Shown here: positions 10,621-17,746 of the stretch, in pieces
Layout of the letters: each line of letters starts with the position of its first letter
Position numbering within the stretch: position 1 is the first letter of the stretch
Position numbers and translations under genes: made by a program
From: an uncultured Clavibacter sp.
Lineage (GTDB): Bacteria > Actinomycetota > Actinomycetes > Nanopelagicales > Nanopelagicaceae
Assembly: GCA_937883945.1 (NCBI GenBank)
Contig: CAKZXY010000055.1
Location: 9,250-73,249, forward strand
Length of the DNA: 64,000 nt
Direction: 5' to 3'
Notes under the pieces: generated by a model
What the model was told of the DNA's origin: nothing
The model's input: the letters and a program-made list of their open reading frames with translations, nothing else
Databases searched by the model: none

Positions 10621-11684
10621 CAGTTGCTCCAACCACTTGTCATCGCCACATTCTCTTTGCGATTTTTAAAGAATTTAGCAAGTAGTGGTGCGGTGACAAA
10701 GAATAAAATCAGCGCGAGAAGCAGATCTACTAACTCTGGAGCAACTCCTACTTCAAACTGCATGGTCGAGCCACTTGCGCGCATTCCACCAATGAGAATT
10801 GCAGCGGGGATCACACCAAGAGGATTTGCCCGTCCAAGTAAGGCCACAGTAATTCCATCAAAACCAAGCCCTGCATTAAAGGCTGGCTCAAATCTTCCAA
10901 TAATGCTTAATGTTTCAACTGCTCCAGCAACGCCAGCAACTGCTCCACCAATTAACATGCTTAACATGATGGTTTTCTTTACCGAGATTCCGGCATACCA
11001 TCCTGCATTCTTATTTCTTCCAATTGTTTCAATACTAAAACCAGTAGTGGTATTTCTCATGATCCACCAGAGCGTTATGGAAAGTCCTATAGCTAGAAAG
11101 AATCCCAATGGCAGGCCTAATAAATCAGGCATCTTGGCCGATTCTTGAATCTTTGGAGTTCTTGTAAGGGGCTGATCTGGCTCTTTAAAAGGGTTGCTAG
11201 TTAGATAATCAGAGAGAGCAATAACAATACTATTTAACATAATCGTTGTGATGACTTCATGAACTCCGCGGTAAGCCTTTAGCACTGCTGCAACTAGAGC
11301 TACTAGCGCTCCAAAGAATGCGCCAAAGATTAAAGCTAGTGGAATATGAACTAGCGCAGGCAAACCAACAAAGGTATATCCAGCCCATGCAGAGGCAAGC
11401 GCTCCAGAGATTAATTGGCCTTGAGCTCCGATATTAAATAGACCCGCTCTAAGACAAATCGCGACTGCCAGGCCACTAAGAATCAAAGGCGTGGCTTTGG
11501 CTAAAGTAATTGCGATTCCATCAAAGGATCCAAAGGCAGTAGTGAATAGAACTCTATAAGCTGCAAGAGGATTAATTCCTTGGATAAAAATTAAGATGCC
11601 ACCAAATGCTAGGGCAACAAGAATTGATAACAGCGGAACTAATATTGGGCTGAAATCAATTTTCTTGCCTTGCTTAGCATCCAC
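10620..11684 (-). CDS. ABC transporter permease (nucleoside/BMP-type importer)
   Basis: 354-aa polytopic membrane protein of the BPD_transp_2 type, lying between the binding-protein gene and the second permease. Confidence 0.85.
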   Translation of the reverse strand: MDAKQGKKIDFSPILVPLLSILVALAFGGILIFIQGINPLAAYRVLFTTAFGSFDGIAITLAKATPLILSGLAVAICLRAGLFNIGAQGQLISGALASAWAGYTFVGLPALVHIPLALIFGAFFGALVALVAAVLKAYRGVHEVITTIMLNSIVIALSDYLTSNPFKEPDQPLTRTPKIQESAKMPDLLGLPLGFFLAIGLSITLWWIMRNTTTGFSIETIGRNKNAGWYAGISVKKTIMLSMLIGGAVAGVAGAVETLSIIGRFEPAFNAGLGFDGITVALLGRANPLGVIPAAILIGGMRASGSTMQFEVGVAPELVDLLLALILFFVTAPLLAKFFKNRKENVAMTSGWSN

Positions 11685-11730
11685 GAGCTACTCCAATGAT
11701 TTTTGAATCTAAAACTTCTTCTCTTGATTT

Positions 11731-11769
11731 AAAGGGAGATACGCCTTTTTTAAAAGCGTATCTCCCTTT
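11731..11769 (-). terminator. Intercistronic 14-bp perfect hairpin after the binding-protein gene (partial terminator or mRNA stabiliser)
   Basis: AAAGGGAGATACGC-(11 nt)-GCGTATCTCCCTTT in the 107-bp gap between the SBP and permease genes. Only a short U-tract follows on the minus strand. Confidence 0.55.
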
Positions 11770-11791
11770 CTTTATAACCTTAACTTAAGTC

Positions 11792-12823
11792 TTAGAGCTT
11801 AACTCCGGTTTTAACAGTTCCGTTAAGAACCTTTGGAGTAATTGCCTTCAACTTAGCTTGATATGCAGCAGGAACCTTGCTTGTGAAGTCGTGTAGTGGA
11901 GCTAGTCCGACCTTTCCAAAGTAGTTTCCGCCCTTATCAGTTCCTTCAACAATGGTCTTAACCACTGCAGCAACGCCCTTATCGATTAACTTCATTGCTG
12001 AAGTTACAAGGCAAGGACGAGCCTCAGGAAGTGTTCCCCATTGATCGCTATCAACGCCGATGCAATATGCACCTTTCTTCTTTGCAACGCGAAGTAGTGC
12101 ACCGTTTCCAGTGTTTCCACCTGCGCCGAAGATGACGTCATAACCCTGGGAGAGAAGCTGCTGAGCAGTTGTTCCACCCCATGCTGGGTCATTGAATGCG
12201 TTATCTGGAGCGTGATAAATCAATTTAGTTGCTGGATACTTCTTGCCGAGTTCCTTAGCGGCATATGCAACGCCGTTACGGTATCCCTCTCCGAAGTAAC
12301 GAACTGGTGGAACAAGGTCAGTTCCAAGAACTGCGCCTGTCTTACCAGTCTTTGTTAGATGTCCAGCTAGATATCCTGCAAGGAATCCAGCCTTATCTTC
12401 TGGGAAAACTAGTCCAGTTAGATTTGGAACAGCAGCTCCCTGGAATTGATCTACTCCAATGAACTTAATTGTTGGATACTCAGCAGCAGCTGTAGTCATG
12501 GCCTCTGCCATGAGGAAGCCAACGCCGATAATTACATTGTATTTCTTGCTAGCAAACTGGCCGATATTTGTGGCATAGTCTTTTGGATCTGTTGTTTCGA
12601 TATATTTAGCGAAACCACCATTGGACTTAGCCGCAGCTTTGGCGCCTTCCCATGCAGATTGGTTAAATGATTTGTCATCAACTTTTCCAGTATCAGTTAC
12701 TAAACCGATGCAGAAAAGTTTTCCGGTACCGCAATCACTCTCCGATGCTGCTTTGGATGGTGCCGCAAAACCTAGAGCTGTAAGTGCAACTACAGCTACT
12801 ACAGATATCACGCGCTTAATCAT
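11792..12823 (-). CDS. BMP-family ABC transporter substrate-binding protein (nucleoside-binding, PnrA/BmpA-like)
   Basis: Signal peptide MIKRVISVVAVVALTALGFAAPSKA, then LVTDTGKVDDKSFNQSAWEG, typical of the BMP family. Start placed at the ATG at 12823, preceded by GAGGAG; the track ORF extension to 13051 has no support. Confidence 0.85.
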   Translation of the reverse strand: MIKRVISVVAVVALTALGFAAPSKAASESDCGTGKLFCIGLVTDTGKVDDKSFNQSAWEGAKAAAKSNGGFAKYIETTDPKDYATNIGQFASKKYNVIIGVGFLMAEAMTTAAAEYPTIKFIGVDQFQGAAVPNLTGLVFPEDKAGFLAGYLAGHLTKTGKTGAVLGTDLVPPVRYFGEGYRNGVAYAAKELGKKYPATKLIYHAPDNAFNDPAWGGTTAQQLLSQGYDVIFGAGGNTGNGALLRVAKKKGAYCIGVDSDQWGTLPEARPCLVTSAMKLIDKGVAAVVKTIVEGTDKGGNYFGKVGLAPLHDFTSKVPAAYQAKLKAITPKVLNGTVKTGVKL

Positions 12824-12869
12824 GAATCTCCTCTCAAAGATCTCTGGCAATGAGGTATGCCCGAGGGTA

Positions 12870-12881
12870 AATCGATCGATT
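12870..12881. promoter_or_regulatory. Perfect 12-bp palindrome AATCGATCGATT, a candidate operator in the divergent importer/mtnA control region
   Basis: Perfect dyad embedded in the near-palindromic GGTAAATCGATCGATTACC, about 45 nt upstream of the SBP start codon. Confidence 0.3.
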
Positions 12882-13079
12882 ACCAGTGGAGAAATAAGTT
12901 CATTTTTATGACTATTTCGGGGAGGCTCACTGATACGGGGAATCCTATCCATGCCAGAATTGAAGGAGAAATGCTGGCCGATACCAAAGCCCCGTGTCCC
13001 ATCACATTTTCGTGACCTATTTTCATCTCCCAGTAAAACTCTGGTTCCCAAGTATCAACTCTGGCTTTAGACTGCTTGG

Positions 13080-14090
13080 GTGAGAACAATCGATTTTCTC
13101 GAGCAGGGCGATGGGGCAATTACTCTGATTGATCAGCGCCTGCTTCCCCATGAGAAGAAAATCCTTACAATAAAAACTCACCAAGAATTAATTGAGGCAA
13201 TCCAAACTTTGGCAGTTCGTGGTGCCCCAGCCCTGGGAGTAGCCGGAGCTTTAGGGGTGGCTCTGATTGCCCTTCGCAGCCAGCAGCAAGGCTGGAGCCA
13301 GGAAGAGATAGATAGCGCAATTTCTGCTTTAAGAGCTGCTCGCCCTACCGCGGTCAATCTTGCCTGGGGAGTTGATCAAGTTATTCCGGAATTAGTTAAT
13401 GGCCCCTCCTCTGTCTTGAAATCAGCTCTAGCTATTAGCCGCGCTGATGGTCTTGCAAATAGAGCGATGGGAAAACTTGGGGCTGCCTATTTATTAGAAA
13501 AGTGTGGCAAGAAAAAGCTGCGCATCCTTACCCATTGCAACACTGGATCTCTGGCAACGAGTGATTGGGGAACGGCTCTTGGGGTGATTCGAGAGCTAAG
13601 TGATCAGGGATATATCGAGGAAGTCTTTGCTGATGAGACTCGCCCTCTCCTTCAAGGCTCTCGCTTAACTGCCTGGGAGTTAAGTGAGGCAGGAATTAAA
13701 TATCGAATTCTTCCAGATGGAGCTGCAGCAAGCGCTCTCTTCTCAGGACTTATCGATGCAGTATTAATTGGAGCAGATCGAATCGCTAGAAATGGTGATA
13801 GCGCAAATAAAATAGGATCACTTGGAGTTGCAGTTGCTGCTAAAGAGTCTGGCATTTCATTTCTAGTAGTTGCTCCAGAATCAACAATTGATAGATCACT
13901 TGCTAGCGGAGATGAGATAGAGATTGAATTTAGGGCAGATAGTGAGGTCACCCATTTTGCTGGAATTGCTGTGGCTCCACTTGGCTCTAAGAGCTATAAC
14001 CCAGCATTTGATGTGACTTTAGCTAGATATATAACGGCAATAGTTACTGAGAAGTGTGTTTACCAGATTAGTAAAGGTGAGGCGCTATGA
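13080..14090 (+). CDS. mtnA: S-methyl-5-thioribose-1-phosphate isomerase
   Basis: eIF-2B-related MtnA motifs: RGAPALGVAGALG, RPTAVNL, HCNTGSLAT, ETRPLLQGSRLTAWEL and GADRIARNGDSANKIGS. GTG start immediately follows an in-frame TAG. Confidence 0.9.
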   Translation: MRTIDFLEQGDGAITLIDQRLLPHEKKILTIKTHQELIEAIQTLAVRGAPALGVAGALGVALIALRSQQQGWSQEEIDSAISALRAARPTAVNLAWGVDQVIPELVNGPSSVLKSALAISRADGLANRAMGKLGAAYLLEKCGKKKLRILTHCNTGSLATSDWGTALGVIRELSDQGYIEEVFADETRPLLQGSRLTAWELSEAGIKYRILPDGAAASALFSGLIDAVLIGADRIARNGDSANKIGSLGVAVAAKESGISFLVVAPESTIDRSLASGDEIEIEFRADSEVTHFAGIAVAPLGSKSYNPAFDVTLARYITAIVTEKCVYQISKGEAL

Positions 14091-16054
14091 ACTATCCAGA
14101 TTTAGAGAAATTAGTTACGCGTTCCAAGTTAATTGGAGCCGATCAATCTCTTGTTGTTTATGGAGGGGGAAACACCTCTGCCAAAGGTGAGATCACTGAT
14201 TACTTGGGTCGTAATCGTTCGGTCTTGTGGGTCAAGGGATCTGGGGCAGATATGGCCTATGGCGAGGCCGTTGACTATCCCGCGCTATATCTTGATGAAC
14301 TATCAGCTCTTAAATCAAAAGGTGATTTAGATGATGACACTATGGTTGATTTTGTTACCAGAGCTTTAGTTGATCCCAGTGCCCGACGTCCATCAATTGA
14401 AACTTTGCTCCATGCTTTTCTGCCAGCCCGACACATCGATCATGTTCATGCAGATGCGATTTGTGCTCTAACTAATCATGAAGATGGCGCAGCTGCTGTT
14501 AGAGATGCTCTAGGCGAGGGCTTTGCATATGTGGAGTGGATCAGACCAGGATTTAAATTATCGAAATTAGTTAGTGAATTAAAGGAGTATCAAGGGGTTA
14601 TTCTAGCTCATCACGGACTTATTGTTTGGGATGATGATAGCCAGAAGTGCTATGCAAAAACTTTGGCTGCAGTAAGTAGAGCTGAGGAATTCTTGGCAAC
14701 GCTAAAGAAAAAGCCAAAGGCAGAATTTGCACATCAAGATCTAAGTCAAGAACAAATTCGAGAACTTCTTCTTCACCTACGAGGAAAAATTGGTAAGAAA
14801 CAAATATTGCGAGTTGACACACGGCTTAGGCAGATTTCTGATCGACAAGACCTCGAAAAAGTTGTTGCTGCCGGGGCGGCAAGTGCTGACCATATGCTTC
14901 GAATTAGGCCTTGGTCTTGCATATTGACTCCAGAGAGCGTTGATGTAGCAGTTGACTCGTATAGAGCGCGTTATGAAGCTTATTTTGAAAGTAACAAGAA
15001 TTTATTGCCTGAAGGTTATTCCAGCCATGGAAGTGATCCCAAGCTATTTATAACGCCAGGAATTGGGATGATTGCTGCGGGAGCAACAATTAGCGAAACC
15101 AAGATGATGGCTGATATTGCCTTCCATACTCATAGCGTTGGCTCAACTGTTGTTGACTCTTTCCCTAAACCCAGAACCCTGCCTGATAGTGAAATATTTG
15201 GTTTCGACTACTGGCCTATGGAGCTCTACAAATTGAAGTTAAAACCTAAAGCCCCGCAGATGAGCGGGAACATATTTATTGTTACTGGAGCAGGTAGTGG
15301 AATAGGAAGGGGGATTGCTTTACACCTTGGATCTCTTGGAGCAAATCTAGTTTTAGCTGACCTAGACCCTGAGGGACTTGCGCGAACTGAGGAAGAATTT
15401 GCTGCTGGGAAGTTTTCAAAACCTCTCTTAGTTCAGGGAGATCAGAGCGATGAAAGTGTGGTTATAGAGACTTTAAATCGAACCATAGATAATTTTGGTG
15501 GGCTAGATGGTCTGGTTTTGAATGCTGGCATTGGAGTGCCTGGTTCTTTAGAAGAACTAGATTCCTCTCACTGGCGAAGAGGATTAGAAATAAATCTCAC
15601 AAGTTCATTTTTATTAACAAAATACGCCATGCGCATGCTGCGTAGACAAGGTATGGGTGGCTCTCTAGTTTATATTGCAAGCAAAAATGCTTTTGCACCC
15701 GGTGCTGGCTTTGGCGGATATTCAGTTTCAAAGGCTGGAATGATTCAGCTGATGAGAATTGCAGCACTTGAAGGTGGGGCTTATGGAATCAGAGCTAATG
15801 CTTTAAACCCCGATGCAGTCTTTGATAACAGCAAACTCTGGGAGGGCGGAATTCGCGAGCAAAGGGCGAAAGAACATGGTGTAAAACCTGAAGAACTTGA
15901 GGATTTCTATGCCAAACGCAATATTCTCAAAGCTAGGGTGCGTTCTTTAGATGTTGCTCGCTCTGTTGCTCATCTACTTTCGGACGAATCTTCTCGGACC
16001 ACTGGCGCAGTAATCCCGGTAGATGGCGGAGTTGCCGCTGGATTTCCAAGATAG
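14087..16054 (+). CDS. Bifunctional class II aldolase / short-chain dehydrogenase fusion (RhaEW/YuxG-like architecture)
   Basis: N-terminal aldolase_II domain (GGGNTSAKG, HIDHVHAD). C-terminal classical SDR (TGAGSGIGRGIA, YSVSKAG). The ATG overlaps the mtnA stop (ATGA). Confidence 0.85.
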   Translation: MNYPDLEKLVTRSKLIGADQSLVVYGGGNTSAKGEITDYLGRNRSVLWVKGSGADMAYGEAVDYPALYLDELSALKSKGDLDDDTMVDFVTRALVDPSARRPSIETLLHAFLPARHIDHVHADAICALTNHEDGAAAVRDALGEGFAYVEWIRPGFKLSKLVSELKEYQGVILAHHGLIVWDDDSQKCYAKTLAAVSRAEEFLATLKKKPKAEFAHQDLSQEQIRELLLHLRGKIGKKQILRVDTRLRQISDRQDLEKVVAAGAASADHMLRIRPWSCILTPESVDVAVDSYRARYEAYFESNKNLLPEGYSSHGSDPKLFITPGIGMIAAGATISETKMMADIAFHTHSVGSTVVDSFPKPRTLPDSEIFGFDYWPMELYKLKLKPKAPQMSGNIFIVTGAGSGIGRGIALHLGSLGANLVLADLDPEGLARTEEEFAAGKFSKPLLVQGDQSDESVVIETLNRTIDNFGGLDGLVLNAGIGVPGSLEELDSSHWRRGLEINLTSSFLLTKYAMRMLRRQGMGGSLVYIASKNAFAPGAGFGGYSVSKAGMIQLMRIAALEGGAYGIRANALNPDAVFDNSKLWEGGIREQRAKEHGVKPEELEDFYAKRNILKARVRSLDVARSVAHLLSDESSRTTGAVIPVDGGVAAGFPR

Positions 16055-16061
16055 GAGCGAG

Positions 16062-16454
16062 ATGATCGAGTGGAAGTCACTGCAAGATGAGGCAATTAAA
16101 GCTTCTAAGAAGGCTTATGCCCCTTATTCAAATTTCCCAGTTGGAGCTGCTGGCTTAGTTAGCGATGGGCGAATAGTTAGCGGCTGCAATATAGAAAATG
16201 CTAGCTATGGCTTAACGCTCTGCGCTGAGTGTTCCATGATCTCCAATTTGCTTATGAGCGGCGGCGGACGGTTAGTTGCTGTCGTCTGCGTAGATGGCAA
16301 GGGAGAACTTCTATCGCCATGTGGACGTTGTCGCCAACTTCTATTTGAACATGGCGGAAATGAACTTCAACTATTAACGCCAAGCGGCCCTCAAGACATG
16401 TCTGTAATTCTTCCTTGGGGCTTTGGACCTGATGATTTAGAAAAGAAGAGATAG
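16062..16454 (+). CDS. cdd: Cytidine deaminase
   Basis: CAEC and PCGRCRQ zinc-binding motifs. Start at the ATG at 16062, preceded by AGGAG. Confidence 0.9.
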   Translation: MIEWKSLQDEAIKASKKAYAPYSNFPVGAAGLVSDGRIVSGCNIENASYGLTLCAECSMISNLLMSGGGRLVAVVCVDGKGELLSPCGRCRQLLFEHGGNELQLLTPSGPQDMSVILPWGFGPDDLEKKR

Positions 16455-16459
16455 AGATA

Positions 16460-17746
16460 ATGAGTGAGGCCTTTGATGCTGTTGAGATCATTACAGCAAA
16501 GCGTGATCGAAATGAGTTAAGTGATTTACAGATTGACTGGATTGTTGATGCCTATACCCGCGGAGTGGTAGCAGATGAACAGATTTCAGCTTTATTGATG
16601 GCGATTTTATTAAATGGAATGAATATGCGCGAGATATCGCGCTGGACCGATGCAATGATTAATAGCGGCGAGAGAATGAATTGGTCCAGTCTTGGAATTC
16701 CAACAGTTGATAAACATTCAACAGGTGGGGTTGGAGATAAAATCACACTTCCACTTGCGCCACTAGTTGCTGCGTGTGGAGCTGCTGTCCCACAACTATC
16801 AGGTAGAGGTCTTGGCCATACTGGCGGAACGCTAGATAAAATGGAATCAATTCCTGGTTGGCAGGCATCTCTAAGTAATGAGCAGATGCTCAAAGTATTG
16901 CAAGATGTAGGGGCAGTAATTTGCGCCGCAGGTGCAGGTTTAGCACCTGCGGATAAGAAGCTTTATGCACTGCGCGATGTCACAGGAACAGTGCCAGCTA
17001 TTCCACTAATAGCTTCATCAATCATGAGCAAGAAAATTGCTGAAGGAACTAGCGCCTTAGTTTTAGATGTTAAAACAGGCTCTGGTGCATTTATGTCAGA
17101 TCCAGAAAAAGCTAAAGAGCTAGCGAGCGTTATGGTTGAACTTGGAAAGAGAGCTGGAGTAAATACCAGGGCTCTTGTTACTGCAATGGATGTGCCACTT
17201 GGGCTAACTGCTGGTAACGCCCTTGAAGTTCGTGAATCAATAGAAGTTCTTGCAGGAGGTGGACCAGCAGATGTTGTCGAGCTAACTTTAATTTTGGCAA
17301 GAGAGATGCTTGATGCTGCAAAGGTAAGCGGCAAAGATCCTGAAGTTGCTCTTAAAGATGGAAGCGCGATGGATCGCTGGAGAAAAATGGTTAAAGCACA
17401 AGGTGGAGATCCTGATGCTTCGCTTCCAACTGCTAAAGAGAAGCTAGTTATTACTGCTGAGAGAAGCGGAACTATCTCTTCAATGGATGCGCTAAAAGTT
17501 GGAATTAGCGCCTGGCGCCTGGGCGCTGGAAGAGCGCGACAAGGGGAGGCAGTTCAAGCTGGAGCAGGAATTGAAATTCATGCTAAACCAGGGGAGAAGA
17601 TAGTTAGCGGATCTGCTCTATTCACACTTCATAGCGATGAAAGTGAGAGATTTGAACGAGCTAAACAAGCGCTAGAAGGCGCGGTTAGTATCTCCGAGAA
17701 AGGTGAAGTTGCGGAGAGATTGCCGCTAGTAATTACTAAGTTCTAA
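16460..17746 (+). CDS. deoA: Thymidine / pyrimidine-nucleoside phosphorylase
   Basis: VDKHSTGGVGDK and SGRGLGHTGGTLDK motifs; 428 aa. Confidence 0.9.
   Translation: MSEAFDAVEIITAKRDRNELSDLQIDWIVDAYTRGVVADEQISALLMAILLNGMNMREISRWTDAMINSGERMNWSSLGIPTVDKHSTGGVGDKITLPLAPLVAACGAAVPQLSGRGLGHTGGTLDKMESIPGWQASLSNEQMLKVLQDVGAVICAAGAGLAPADKKLYALRDVTGTVPAIPLIASSIMSKKIAEGTSALVLDVKTGSGAFMSDPEKAKELASVMVELGKRAGVNTRALVTAMDVPLGLTAGNALEVRESIEVLAGGGPADVVELTLILAREMLDAAKVSGKDPEVALKDGSAMDRWRKMVKAQGGDPDASLPTAKEKLVITAERSGTISSMDALKVGISAWRLGAGRARQGEAVQAGAGIEIHAKPGEKIVSGSALFTLHSDESERFERAKQALEGAVSISEKGEVAERLPLVITKF

Noticed and set aside
12971-13015. 14-codon uORF (MLADTKAPCPITFS) with GAAGGAG just upstream, in the mtnA leader
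   Set aside because: The SD-to-ATG spacing is only about 2 nt. The peptide has no run of regulatory codons, such as Met or Cys repeats, that would suggest leader-peptide attenuation. It is retained only as part of the structured-spacer observation.
12824-13051. N-terminal 76-codon extension of the BMP binding-protein ORF, plus the overlapping 12880-13119 minus-strand ORF
   Set aside because: A signal peptide preceded by a GAGGAG SD begins at the ATG at 12823. The upstream part has no family resemblance and lies in the regulatory spacer.
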